Assembly: GCA_965112155.1 (NCBI GenBank)
Contig: OZ218102.1
DNA: 64,000 nt
DNA from: Podarcis liolepis
Taxonomy: Eukaryota
Direction: 5' to 3' (one strand)
Both the position numbers and the translations under genes were made by a program. The notes under the pieces were generated by a model. The model was not told where the DNA came from and made no database searches. It worked only from the letters and a program-made list of their open reading frames with translations. This document shows, in pieces, positions 25,698 to 39,456 of the stretch (positions are counted from its first letter, which is position 1; every line of letters begins with the position of its first letter).

Positions 25698-28225
25698 ACT
25701 CTGCACCACTGGCTCATTCTGCCTTCCGAGCACTTCCTTGCGAAAAGCAGCGGTTCCGTAGTCTGAACTGGCAAGAGGGGAAGCCCAGAGTCCCACTGCT
25801 GCTTTATGGAAGCGTTGGAGTTAAAAAATAAAAATAGGATACTGAATAGCGTGTGCTGCTGTTGCTGATAATATTTCCCTCCTCTGAACCCCTTGTCTGC
25901 ATGTGTCTTTTTCTGCCCTATTTGGCACATTCCCCGTGTGTAAATCATTCAAAGGAGGAAAAAAGGAGAACCTATAATTTAAACAAATGTCAAAAATAGG
26001 TTTATTATTTGAGGTCTAAAATTACAGCCAAATGATGTCCAAGGAGAAGAGCAGGTGGTTCTGTGTGTCAAGTGTATTATTTCCAGCTGCTACTACATCC
26101 ATGTTAAATACATATACCACCAACAGTGCTGAGTAAGAGACAAGTGCTTATGCTAAGAGGGCTTAGCAGTTCTTTTCCGAATTTCTAGCTAAATGTTTGA
26201 TTCCCCGCACCCTTTTCCTTTCAGACAACTTTGGAGTTTTCACATCTGCTGAGCTGCACTCCGTTCTCCTGTAGCAAGGTCTCCTTTAGCGGCCAGAATT
26301 GTCTCCTGCTCGCTGTATTCAGTCACTAGGAAAGAAATAAGGGGCTCTCCCGACGTGTCTTAATATCACTGGCTTTTCCCGCTGCTTTGGTGAATGATGT
26401 CGTGTTTCCAAGTAAGATTTGTGCTGTTCCAAAAGGCAAGTCTGTGCTAGTAAAAACAAAACAAAACCAAGAGAAGGATTGACCCCAGAGATAATCCAAA
26501 CCTCTGACCGTAGAGCTATCCATAGCTTTCCATGTACCCTTCCCTTGGTTTGGCTAGATTCTGGTGAGTTGAGGATGTTAATTTTTAAAAGGGGAATCCT
26601 GGTCTCCCTTCCTGCTCTGAGAGCCACTTCCAGTGTAATGAGCTGAGTTCACGGACTGCCTTTGTGTAGCAATTGTACGAGTGCTTGCAATGTGGGAGTG
26701 ACATGGCTGCAGGTTATCTAGGGGAGTTCTGGCAAGTCCACGGCATGTATTTGCTTCTGGAAATGTTCTGCCACACTGCAAGGCCAACACCATTCCCAAC
26801 ACCTTTGTCCACCTGCCAAAGCTGGAGTTAACCTGGCTTTCTGGCCTGCCCAGGCCTTTGGCTGTGAGCCTTTGGCTGCTGTGACTGGGAAGCTGCCCTT
26901 TTAATTTTCCCACAATGCTCTTGTGCACCCAATGTAACATTGCCCCGGAAAGTGGCGGACAAATTAAAATAGCAGGCAGCTTCCCAGACACAGCTGCTGC
27001 CTCCTGGTATGTCCATATGTATGGGATGGAATGGATGACCTGAGTGAGCAAAGTGGTGTTTGGGTGCTTTGCTAGGGAGCCCTCTAATCTGCATTAACGG
27101 CTAGTTTCCACATGGCAGCGCTCACACGAGTGCTTTAAAAATTTACACTCTGAGTCTAGCTAAATAATAGGGAAAGGGGTGGAATGAAATGCATCCTAAT
27201 CGCCATTAACAGTGGGTCCTATAGAGGCCAAAACCACACTGATTTTTAATGGAGCTGAATAATGCCCCTGATGTTTGGAAGTATATACCTTTCCATGTGG
27301 ATTTAAAAGTGACATTAGCTTCAGAACCAGGCTTTTAAACAGTGTTGTTTTTCTAGAAAAAGGTGCTGGACTCACCATGAACGCCTCCCTTGTTCTCTTG
27401 GAATGGCAATGGCGCCCACCTGAGAAATGCTGGAGCTAAGTTCCTGCTGGAAAAAAACCCCTGCTTTTAGATGCATAGATAGCAGCAGCATCTAACGATT
27501 AGATGAGTAAAGTTTCGAGGAACTGTCCTTGTGTCAATCCACATAGGGTGTGGAGCAAGGAACTCCAGGGTGCTTGGGAAAGCATTGTGGGCAAATAACA
27601 CCAAACTAGCCTGCTCCAAAGGTGCCTAAAGCAAGGAAATTTCCAGCATTGGGACTAGATTCAGCTAGACTTGCAAGTCAAGCCAGCCTGCCACTCAGCA
27701 AATAGAAAGGGCTGGCAAACAGTGATGTGGGATGCATCCTGCCCCCCCCCCCCACTCCCCGGTTATTTACCTTTCCATGGATCCCCCTGGTTTGTTAAGA
27801 TTCGTAGTAACAATGCATTTGCCCATTGCAAATAAGCCAAGCTTAGCAGATTCAAATCTTTTAGCTTTTTATTATTATTATATTATTAAAATAAATGCAA
27901 GTAAAATAAGCATGCCAGATTATAGCCTTGCGTGAAACTTTTTGGTGCAAATTAATTTATGCAAACTTGCCTAATTTGCACAGAAAAAAAATTGCCATCG
28001 CACACAGACAACCCACATCACCTTTCCCTTCCTATTTGGAATTGCACAAATAGAAAATTAGCTAGCTTGTCTTTTAAGTTTGGTTAGCCTGCAGTTAGTT
28101 TTCTGAACAGCTGCCGCAGAAGCGACCCACTACCATTCTAGATCTTTCTGTTCTCTGAAATATGAATTGTTGTTTGTTCAACTAAATACCACCATTGGCC
28201 AGAAGAAAAGAGATTTGCAGACTTA

Positions 28226-28484
28226 CCGTATTTTTTGCTTTATAAGACTCACTTTTTCCCTCCTAAAAAGTAAGTGGAAATGTGTGTGCGTTTTATGGAG
28301 TGAATGCAGGCTGTGCAGCTATACCAGAAGCCAGAACAGCAGGAAGGATTGCTGCTTTCACTGCGCAGTGATCCCTCTTGCTGTTCTGGCTTCTGAGATT
28401 CAGAATATTTTTTTTCTTGTTTTCCTCCTCCAAAAACTAGGTGCGTCTTGTGGTCTGGTGCGTCTTATAGAATGAAAAATACGG
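28226..28484. mobile_element. MITE family B (CCGTATTTT TIR, Tc2/pogo-like)
   Basis: TA|CCGTATTTTT...AAAAATACGG|TA. Confidence 0.75.
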
Positions 28485-30134
28485 TATTTTTCTTCTCTGC
28501 TCCTCAAGATTTGGATTCCCCATGCTAATAAGCATTTCAATATGCATTTTGGTGCACTGTGATCGAATGTTGTGTGGTAACACGAGTCACAAGCAGTAAG
28601 CTCAGCTTTAAGTGTGTGCGTGTGTGTGTGCGTGTGTGTGTGTCTTCCTGAAGATCTGCATGATTCCCTGGATTTGCAATGCTAGAAAGTCTTTTTACAT
28701 TGCACCACTAGTAGCAGCAGTACTTACTAGTGCAAAGTGAATATTTGTGACAATATTAAACTTTTTTTGACGTGTGTTGGTGTTTGGTGATTCTTTCTGG
28801 CAAAGGAATGATTGGTGCTTTGGAGAAGGGTGGGGAAGATCCCTGTGTGTTTTAAAAGCAATGGAAACAAACTGGATATTTCCTGAGAAATGTTTGCCTC
28901 TAGCAAATGTTTCTTTACACAACAGTGTTAAAATGTCCCACCAGATTTCAGCCTTGGGTTGAACACACTTGCACACCTTTTTGACACAAGAACTGCTACG
29001 TGTTGTGTCCTTGAGTTGAATGTCTGATGGTTAATATTCTATGGGAAAGCGCGTCTTGGTTTTGGAACGGACTTCCGGAACGGATTACATTTGTGAACCC
29101 AAGTACCACTGTATTTGAATTTTTAATGCCAAGATGATGGACTGAAAAAAAAAGATTTGGTTTGGGGTTCCATACAAAATACACAAAGATGAATTTGCAC
29201 TTGTGAATCATGGGCCATAGCACAGTAATTAATAGCCGCCATAAACATAATTCTTCAGTATGGTGAACAAATCATAGTTGCTCGTAATTCTTATCAGAAA
29301 TGTATTAACGATCAAACTATTTCGAAATATCTTAACTTCCACCTTGATTCAGATAACGAATGCTGTTGTCAGTGTTTTACTCAAATGACTGAATATGGTA
29401 AGTCTTTTACTTTTTAAAGTATTTAAAAATAATATGACAATGCTTTACATTTTCTGGGGAAAGGTGTCATTTATGTATATGCCACAAGGAATGTAATTCA
29501 ATCAGTTAAATGTGCATAACAACTGGCCGTTGTTCACCAGACCTGATGGAGACGGTGCACATAACTCTCCAATGAGGAGGGAATTGTGCAACAGGCCTTG
29601 GAGAATTGTGCATATTTTGGCTGAATTTTGTACATTCTCCAGGCAAGTTGCACATTCTCCAGTCAGCATGTACAGTTGGGGGGGGGGAATGCCCTTTTTC
29701 TATTCTGAAGTATGCAATCTGCTCTGTGTGCTCCACAGTCTATCTTGGACCCCCAAAACTGGTCTGTTGCCATCAGGTGCCATGATGGATGCTGTCCCAT
29801 AGCCAGCATTGAAATAAGATTCAACAGCTAGTCCAGTTGGCTTCTGTACATGAAATAAGGAGGTGAGCCACCTTGTCCTTTGCCTCAGGCAGTGAAATGT
29901 CTTGGGTCGGCCCTGTGGCTTTCCATAATAGTATGAGCGTATGGCATTGAGATTATTTTCAGACACTAAGACATTCAAGCAATAACACTGATGGAGGAAT
30001 TGATTGGTTGTGTTGCTGGTATGAAGCACTGCAAAGAATACTCCCGAATCTGTCACAAACCTCTGTGGTAATATTTTTAATCAGCAATGAAGAAACACAA
30101 CAAGAAGTTATTAATCAAGCTATTGGCAAAATAG

Positions 30135-30333
30135 TCAAACGACCAAATACATGGTACTTAATGGTACATTGTCCATATTGGTTGTCTGTGTTCCTGTGCT
30201 TGTCAGGTTGTTAGATGCTTGATCTCTCCAGGTCTTCTTTAAAGGCAATCGGGGAGTAAGGTTAAGTCTGTCTCTTTCCGTTGCTTTGATGCAAGGGCAG
30301 CACTGGAAAGCTATCTTGAAACCAGAGCGGAAC
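30135..30333 (-). CDS. TACR2: TACR2 exon 5 (helix 8, C-tail, stop)
   Basis: cag|G TTC; FRSGFKIAFQCCPC...MYLVV*; total CDS 1143 nt = 380 aa. Confidence 0.9.
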
Positions 30334-31408
30334 CTGTAAATGGGTGCAAACACAAGCTAAGTGTTACATGGTATAAATGAGGGATGGAGAATCTCATACT
30401 TGAGGGATTCCTCAAGTGTTTTGTCTGGGTGGACTGTGTCTTTGTAGGGTGACACCTCTTGCCTGACAGGGTGGAGAGATAAATCTGTATAGAAATACAT
30501 GACGTGTGTGGTCGATACCAAAGCACAAGTCACATTGGCTGTTCTGTCTACTTTTGCCTCTGACCCAGCAACCACTAGCATGTGACCCCCACCCCCCAGT
30601 ATGTAGTCAGAAAAAGCTCCCCATCCCTTGTACAGACTGAGAAGGTAGAAATTCTGCAAAACCCATTATCCATGAGGATCTTGCCATCATGTATGCAAGA
30701 GTGCAGCCTCTCCCCCAAACTGGTAAGAATCAGTTTAGGAGGAACCTAATGGCCAATTGCTTGACAAAGGCACAAGGAAGTCTCCTCATGTACAGCAAAA
30801 AACTTGGGTTGAGTAAGTGTTTTCAAGGACTATGGTTGGGTGAGAGAAGGTGAGGTGCTGAGGTGGCAGAAGGTGGTTGGCTAGAGAATGAATGGTCAAG
30901 ATGATGTATATTTCCTTATATAGGGTGTGTGCTCTCACAGACGCTTTTGTACTCTGTCCCGTAATAAATTATTGAATAAAGTCTGACGAATGAGGAATTT
31001 TGTGTGAGCCTCCGTATTGAACCCCCAAAGGAAATTTTCTCTTCAAAGAAAAATGGACTGTTTCCCTGATGGAATACAGAGGCTATCAAAGGAATGTGAT
31101 GCACATTTAGAGAAAAGCGCTGTTTTTGTGGAATCTAATAATGTCCCTGAGAGTAAGCACCATTGAACTCGGTGGTATTTGCTTCAGAGCGGGAATGTAA
31201 ATGATTGCATTGTAAATGTTAGAGGTCAAGCTAAATATGATACAAGGATAAGCCCTGAGTGTAGGCCACACTGAGCAAAATGGGCCAATGATCTGAACTG
31301 GTATAAGACAGCTTCCTAGGTTCCTATATTTATATACGAGCATTTTTATCTTACACTTCAGTGATACTCCCAAGGTGCTTGCATTCATTTAACACGTGCA
31401 CTACTCAC

Positions 31409-31605
31409 TTTTGATTAAGGCAGCAATAAATAATTGGGCTATACATCGCAGAGCTCATGGCAAGCAAAAACACCGCCAGGTATACTTGTTGAATGTACTT
31501 CTGCCTGTAAATGTCTTTCCGGATGTTCCCCAAGACGAAGTACAGATGATAAGGGAACCAGCAGATGGCAAATGTGATCACGACTGCAACCATTGTCCTG
31601 ACAAA
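31409..31605 (-). CDS. TACR2: TACR2 exon 4 (TM6-TM7)
   Basis: 197 nt; [23 protein letters not shown]...[29 protein letters not shown]. Confidence 0.94.
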
Positions 31606-32037
31606 CTAGAAAAAGGAAAGAGAAATCTTTGAATGCTTTGTCATTCTTCTGGTCCTAGATTTGTGCCTGTGGTGTCAAAGAGGCTGCCACCCATTTCTCG
31701 TGAAATACAGGCTTAGGGTGGGTACTCAGCAAGTCTGTGATGCGTTTCTGTGCAACAATTTGTGCCTGGAGTTTCTTATGAACCAAACCAGACAATATGT
31801 TAAATGCATAGTTATATTAATGACATGTTTCCTCATCCCTGCAATATATAGTAGTAACTTGTTTATAAAGGCAACTGTGGCTGTGCAGAATGCTGCTGTG
31901 ATAATGTTGCCGCAAATCCCAGAAACATGCACTTTTTAGGATTGGAAAGTGACAGGTGGTGACTATTCAAGTTGAACCCCCTTAGCTTGCAGTATCTTGC
32001 CCTACTTGTTTGCTGCCAATGTATATAATGTTGGTTA

Positions 32038-32422
32038 TTGGGACGCAGGTGGCACTGTGGTCTATACCACTGAGCCTCTTGGGCTTGCCGATCAGAAGGT
32101 CAGCGGTTTGAATCTGTGTGACGGTGGTGAGCTTCCCTTGCTCTGTCCCAGCTTCTGCCAACCTAGCAGTTTGAAAGCACACCACTGCAAGTAGATAAAT
32201 AGGTACCGCTATGATGGGAAGGTAAATGGCATTTCTGTGTGCTCTGGCTTCCATCATGGTGTTCTGTTGCACCAGAAGTGGTTTAGTCATGCTGGCCACA
32301 TGATCCAGAAAGCTGTCTGTGGATAAACACTGGCTCCCTTGACCTGAAGCGAGATGAGCACCGCGGCCCATAGTCACCTTTGACTGGACTTAACCATTCA
32401 GGGGTCCTTTACCTTCACCTTT
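32038..32422 (+). mobile_element. Full-length Sauria SINE with 14-bp TSD
   Basis: tRNA-like head (GGTGGCACTGTGG...GGTTTGAATC), ACCTTT-type tail; TATAATGTTGGTTA at 32024-32037 and 32423-32436. Confidence 0.85.
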
Positions 32423-32748
32423 TATAATGTTGGTTAGAGGCATCATGCTGTAGTACCTATCCAGGACAGCAGAGGGCATTTGCTTAGATGGTAATTTGAA
32501 AAATCAAGACTACGCATTCCCACAAACTCTGCACCTAATGCGCTCCTACCATTGGTTTGGGAACAGGTATTTGTCATGATCTGTACCTATCCTGTTGTTT
32601 TTTAAAGAAATACTGCATACACAGTCTGAGTCTTAGCCGGAGGTGTGTCTGGTCTGTTGTTCTTGCTGATAATGAAACTATGCAGCAGTGAGATTTACCC
32701 CTGGGTTCATGTTACCACTGCAGCAATTATTAGCTCACGACAACTAAC

Positions 32749-32905
32749 CTTTTTTTTGGCTGTAATCATATGCTGGTAGCTGAGCACATTAGTGTGATCT
32801 CCAGGAACAGCATTATTCCACAGAGCCTTTCCTATTGCACTGTATGTGATAAACATCACTAGGAGAGGCAGCAGGTACACCAAAACAATGACTGTGATGT
32901 GGTAC
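32749..32905 (-). CDS. TACR2: TACR2 exon 3 (TM5, ICL3)
   Basis: 157 nt; YHITVIVLVYLLPLLVMFITYSAIGKALW...AKKK; frame continuous with flanking exons. Confidence 0.93.
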
Positions 32906-33108
32906 CTGGAAAAAAGAGAAAAAGAGCTGAGCATGGATAGAGCTTGCTTCCCTTCCTTCAGTCCAAAAAGAACCTCCATGTATTGGGAAGATCAATAAAT
33001 GCTTTTCTGCCTGAGTTTCCAAAACTTTCCAGGGGCCAGTGGTTTCCAGGGCAAGAGTGGCCAGAGCAGTGAATGTAAATGGTATCTTTGTACACTGGGG
33101 TAGTTTTT

Positions 33109-33153
33109 ACACACACACACACACACCCACACACCCACACACCCACACACACA
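33109..33153. repeat. Imperfect (AC)n microsatellite
   Basis: Seen directly. Confidence 0.85.
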
Positions 33154-35377
33154 CCCTCTCTATTCTCCATCCAGGCAAGCAACAAGTCATTCTCAGAGTT
33201 CAATGGCATGTTCCAATCAGGCAAAAACACTCAAGGAAGATGTGAAGCAAGGCCGGTGAGGGGAAGCTATCAAAACACAATGTACCATTAATGGTCTTTC
33301 AAAAGTGATACTCTCAAAGTTATAAACTGCTGTTTAGGGTGACCATTTGCCCTACTTTACCGAGAACTTGCATGGGGTTGGATTAGATGACCCTTGGGGT
33401 CCCTTCTAACTCTTAAGGTTCTATAATTTCCGCTGTTTGGAAAGTGTCCTCTGTCAGATATGAAGGGAGAGTAAGAGCCTTGAAGTTGCCCATCAACAAC
33501 AGACTGAGCAAACCATAGTCTTCTCCACCATGACAAAATGATAGTTAATTTATATTTGAATTATAGTGATTATTTCTAAATTTGCAACCATGCATATAAA
33601 TTAGCATATCATGTATACAGTGTGAATTTGTGTAAAATTTTGTGTGTGCCCCCTCCCCCACCTTTTTTTGGTGATGTGACAGTGGCCTCAGTAAACCAGT
33701 GGCATGAAGACAGCTTGTCAGAAGGCTACTATTTGTAGAAGATGGTTGATGATAAATGTTCAAGGAGTGATGTTAACGCAATGCTTAAATAACCGTGCCT
33801 CCTTTCTGGAGGGAGATGAGAATTGTACCCAAAGCTCCATAAATGTTTGGCCTCCTGAATTCCAGAACCTCATTAACAGAACAAAGGACTCTATGTTTTA
33901 GCCTTGAGTGTGGTTTTCCCCGGACTAAAAGGGGAAGAGGTGAGCCAGACAGAGGAAGAGATAAGAACACATGGGGGAAATCCTTCCCTTTGCCACAAAT
34001 AGCAAGGCTAATCACTGCAAGGCTAATCACTGCAAGGTCTCAAGATACCTCTCCATTTTCCCCGCACTCTTTTTATCTACTGGGCCCAAGGTCTGCTTTT
34101 TGAGGTCACACCGCTTCCCCCTTCTTTTTGCGTCCACCACATTGCCATGTTTTGACTATACATTTTTTTCACTATCGGTAATCAACTGTCAAAATTTGTC
34201 TTACAGATTTAATGGGACTTTTACTCTATAGAAGTGTTGCTTCATATCACAGTGAGGGCATCCCATTCAATGCCAGATTTTGATTTGATATTTCTCAAAC
34301 AGGAAGCATGGCGATTGTTCAAACAGATGCTCCTTGCTGTTCCTCCTTTCTGTGTGAATCTAGATTGGGCCAGAAGATTACATACCTGTGCCTTTCTCAT
34401 CAATTTCTTGCAACGGGGAGAGTGCTGCTACTGAGGTAAGTGCTTCGCTTTTTGTGCTGGGACAAAGGCAACCCACCCTGCAACTTTAATTAGAAGCTTG
34501 CTCCCTGTGATCCCTTCCGCTAAGCATTTTCTGTTCAATATGATGTTTCATTAGGAATGAATTTCCCCATATTTGTGACACTATGCTATTTTTCAGTTAA
34601 AAGAAAAAAGAAATCTAGTAATGAAAGTGTAGAGCAGGAAGGACTAATTAAAGGACAATTACAGGCTAAAGCAATTAAAGTTGGCAGCTGCAAAGAGGAA
34701 GCTTTTAGGTAAAGATACAGTAGCTCTGAAAAGCCTCAGGAATATTTTGCTAGAAATTACATGGAAGCTAATGTTGCAATTGACTTTTAAAGACAAGATG
34801 AGAGGGTAACACAGGCACCCCAAAGCAAAGCCCTCCAATGCTATGACATTGCCAGAATTGTCCAGCAAAGGCATCTAAACCAATTACGAGTATGGAAGGA
34901 ATACTGGTATCCCTTTCCCCCCAAGGATTTAAAAGTCTTGGGATGGTCCTGCCATTCAGTTAACTCAGATATGTCTGAAGGTTTTTTAATTGACGTATGA
35001 AGCCCTGTTTGAATTAAATTTGATCACCTTGAGTTCCTGGATCCAACCCTCATTCCCCCATCACAGAATGTCACAGCCGAATGTCATAGACTTCTTTCAC
35101 TTTAGAAAACTGCAACTTCATTGAAATCTGTGGATCAAACACCCTAAATTGGCAGTATCCCTGATTACTGCATGAATATTAACATGGTCACCTGTTTGCC
35201 TCCACTCTCCTCCATCAAGTATAAAGAAGACTTAGTAGTAACATAGATTCTGGCTGAAAACAGATGGTTAAGGCAAGATTTTCAGCAACATCATTCACGT
35301 TCTCTCTTTCCCCCTTAAATCAAGAGTTCTCAGCTGCCAACATGTATTTTGGGGTTCAGGATTTGGGGTGTTCTTAC

Positions 35378-35572
35378 GTGATGAGATGTTTACGATGAAC
35401 GTCATCTGGCCAGGCAACAACACATTTGGTCATTCCATAGTCGACACGAATTTGTGCATAAAAGAACTGTGGGAAAGCAAGTCCAAAAGCTACCAACCAG
35501 ATTATTCCTATGACCACTTTGGTGTACCCAGGAGAGAGCTTTTGCCTGAAAGGGTAAACTATAGCCATATAC
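35378..35572 (-). CDS. TACR2: TACR2 exon 2 (TM4, ECL2)
   Basis: 195 nt; [39 protein letters not shown]...TKCVVAWP. Confidence 0.94.
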
Positions 35573-37410
35573 CTGAAAAGAAGAGAGAAAGAATTAGGCC
35601 GCAGTTCAGCCTGCACAAAATTGCAATTCCTAGCAACCATTTGCAAACAGCAGCACCCAGAATTCTTTGTCGGGAAGACTGTGCTCTGTGCTTTGAAGGT
35701 ATAGTGTGTACACAGCCATATTCACAATAAACAATTCAAACATTTGTAGAAGAAGCAAAGCATTATCCCCTCCACCCTACTCTACTGTGTACATTTATGT
35801 GGAAAGAAATCCACAGATCTAAAGGACTGTGGGAAATGCTTGGTGTGTACAAATGAGTCTTCTGAGCATTCACTCCCAAGCCGATTCTTCTGGAGTGACC
35901 TCTAATAAAAAGCTGTGGCGAGGGGAATATACAGCTCTACTTCAATATTTGCCTGCCTCCAGATTTTATAATGGAGTTCTCTAGTTAAAGAATGCATACA
36001 AATATGCATAGATGGTGTAAATAAGGCCAGACTACTTAGTGATTTGTATGAGCTTTGTGAGGGGCAATCATTTATTTTTTAAAGAAAAAGTCATGCTGCT
36101 GCCACAGGCCTGATTTGTTCACTGAGCAGTGGAAATGTTTTCCCCTCAGCCTCTCTCCAACCCTTGCGCCTTCCAGTTTAAATGACATGTTGTGCATTTT
36201 ATCTCACACCTGTTCTGAACACTCATCTCGGGTTGCTGACTGACACATGACCAGGAAGCCAGTGTGGCCTGCTTGATAAATGTGCTCTGTGATCGTAGCA
36301 CACACGTACTGTAGGACACACAGAAAATGACATTTTCGACAATAATAGATGTTGCATGGCCAGTGTGGCTGAGTTTTTCCAAAATTGGTAGCTTTTTCTA
36401 ACGCCAAGGATAGGATTTATGATCCCAGGGTTTTGTATACCTAAGTAAGTGGCTCTGCTGAGAAGAGTTATTTGTGCAATGATTAATTCCTGCCTCCTTG
36501 TAGTTTGTTTACTCTGAGATTGCAGGAAGTACAGTAATTCAGGGCAAGTTATTCCATGGAAGTGCCATAGCTATGGATGAATGAATGTCTCAGTTTTGGT
36601 TTCTCCAGGTTTTTATTTTTCCCCCATTCTTAAATTCATCTCTTCATATTTCCACAGCAATTTGTGATTTAATCTTTTTAATGCCTCATGCAAATTTGTC
36701 AGCAATTTTGGTGCCATTTTCTACATGGACCTTTGTCCATGTAGTCTTAACCAATATCCACATTTTTAAAATATACCTCCCCAATATAATGCATTTTGTA
36801 TGTTATTGTCACTAACAAGCATTTTTATGCACACTTCCCCCCTAATATACCCATTTTTGAACATGCTAGTTGGAGAATAGCATTGCAAAATTCAGTGAAG
36901 TGCTACTTTTGAAGTGTTTCGGTTTACGCATTGGTTCAATAATGTTTCTCATTAAAAAGCAAACAAAATAAAATTTCTCCCCCATAGCTTAGTGATAGGG
37001 CACCTGCTTTTAACGCTAATAAGAATTTAATTATTTGTACCCCACCCATCTGACTGTATTGCCCCAGCCACTGAGTTGAAGGTTCCAGGTTCAATGCCTG
37101 ACAACTTCAGACAGTGCAAGGAAAGAGAGCAACTGCTAGTCAGTATGTATAGACAATAGAACACAAGAGTAGTCCTGCTGGATCAGGCCCCAGGCCCATC
37201 TAATCCAGGATCCTGTTCTCACAGTGGCCAACTAGATGCCTATGGGAAGCCTGCAAACAGGGCATGAGTGCAACAGAGCTTTTCCTGGCAATTGGTATTC
37301 AGAGACATACTACCTCCAACAGCTGAGGGAGAACATGGCTGCTGTGGTTAGTAGCCATCGCTAGCCTCCATTTTCCTAACACTCTTTTGGGGCCATCCAA
37401 GCTGGTGCCC

Positions 37411-37595
37411 GGGATGCGGGTGGCGCTGTGGGTTAAATCACAGAGGCTAGGACTTGCCAATCAGAAGGTCGGCAGTTCGAATCCCCGTGACGGGGTGAGC
37501 TCCCATTGTTCGGTCCCTGCTCCTGCCAACCTAGCAGTTCGAAAGCACGTCAAAGTGCAAGTAGATAAATAGGTACCACTCCGGCGGGAAGGTAA
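37411..37595 (+). mobile_element. Sauria SINE 5' half (3' part missing)
   Basis: Matches the first half of the 32038 copy; B-box GTTCGAATCC. Confidence 0.8.
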
Positions 37596-39230
37596 GTGTG
37601 TGAGATAGACCAACAATCTGATTTGGTACAATGCAGCTTCCTATGTTCCTAACACAACTTGTGCAACAGTACTTGTCCTGTTCAATTGATATATTGTCTT
37701 GTCGATTCTTAACTTTTGCACCTTTGAGTGAATCAAAACCCAAACAAAAAATATTAGCTTCCAATTACTTACTGCCAAGTTACGACAGCCTCTTTGCTTG
37801 GAAGATCTGTCCGGAGCTTTTGCAGAATGTATAGAATAAATTTTAGGAGTGCCAACTTTTTCTGGCATGGCTCCTGTGTCTTAAAAAGCCACATGACAAG
37901 CAGAAGTTTAGCAGGCAAAGCTTCCCCACATTTTAACCGTGTAGGGAGGAAGATAACTTCATCCATTTGTCACACATGGCGCAGGGAAATCTGGCACCCC
38001 TAATCCAAACAGCAAGAAATGATGGCTTGTTTTTGTAAACTTTTCCAAGGGAGATAAATGCAGCCTACCTGTTTTCCTGAGAAATCTTTTATGACTAGCA
38101 GTAGTGTGAAGGGAAGAAAAACAGAAGAGGCAGCCTCCCAGGCAGGAAAAGGTGGCAGTCCAAAAAGCTGAGCTGAGGCTGGTGTAAGTCTCCGAAAGGG
38201 AGCATTCTGGGGCATGGTGGGGGCAGGACCGGGAGGGTGGGCCTTAGGCTGGATCCTAAGTAGATTCAGCCTAGCTACGTGACCTGGCAACCCAGCACAG
38301 AACGCTGTTTTAAAGACTTGTTTTTCCTCTGCCAGACTTAGGCAGGGCAGTAGCATCCGCCTAGCTGCTGAATGGGATTTGGATCAGGTGTAACTTCATG
38401 CCAACTTTATTTCCACTGGCTTTCTTTACACCAGCTTCTTACACATAGGAGAGCTCCCTAAAGAGTGGTGCAGTCTAGTTATGGCACAAACCTTGTGCTT
38501 TATAAAAATGGAAGTTCAACTTTTCCTACGTAACTAATAAAAATAAAAAAGGCATTAGTTTTATAAGTTCTTCCCCAAGAATCCCAAAGTGGGAGATGTA
38601 GAGAAAATAAACTGATCTGGAGGACTTTTTTTTTTTAAATAAATTTGTGGTAAGCTCCGGACTACACAATGCATCTGTTACCAGCAGCCGTTGACTTCGA
38701 GCCGGAAAAAGCTACTTCTATTAAAGTCATTAATCTTTCCCAGAAACTGATTTATTTCTGTTTTCATGATTGACTACTACTGTCTACCCCACCAAGGACT
38801 AGGCTTATCTGCTTAATAGCACATATTGCTTGCATTCTGCAAGTGTGGATATATTTGGGTTGTAGTGGCTGATTCAGGTTTGTGAAAAGGGAACCCCTAC
38901 AAGCCTGCGTTTTGCCCCATGAGCAGTTTGGCTTGCTTTCTGAACAATGCTATGCATGGCTGATTCCACATTTGATATTTGCTTATTCCTCACTCACCTC
39001 TGCCTCCTGAAAGGAAATGTCTGCACAGTTCTCTTTTCTTCCTGTTCAGGTTTTTCTTTCTGTGGCTGACAGTGCAACCCTATTAGTAAGCCCCAGTTGA
39101 GTTTAGTGGGACTTATGATACTCCCAAGTAAGTCTATATAGGCTGGCAGCCTTGTATTGGTCCTTCCCTCCATTTCTTTCCACTTGTGCAAATCCAAGGG
39201 TTCACCAAAGCACACAGAGACCTCCTTATA

Positions 39231-39456
39231 CAGTGGCACCTCGGGTTAAGAACTTAATTCGTTCTGGAGGTCTGTTCTTAACCTGAAACTGTTCTTAACC
39301 TGAGGTACCACTTTAGCTAATGGGGCCTCCTGCTGCCGCCACGCTGCCGCTGCGCGATTTATGTTCTCATCCTGAAGCAAAGTTCTTAACCCGAGGTACT
39401 ATTTCTGGGTTAGCGGAGTCTGTAACCTGAAGCGTCTGTAACCCGAGGTACCACTG
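39231..39456. mobile_element. MITE family A
   Basis: Same TIRs and TA TSD. Confidence 0.85.

Noticed and set aside
25695-27900. HK1 stop readthrough and exact poly(A) site
   Set aside because: TGA-ACT is not a readthrough context; several AATAAA candidates (e.g. ~25827, ~27890) cannot be ranked from sequence alone
37588-37597. Strong donor AAG|GTAAGT at the end of the truncated SINE (possible exonisation)
   Set aside because: It is on the plus strand, while the host gene TACR2 is on the minus strand
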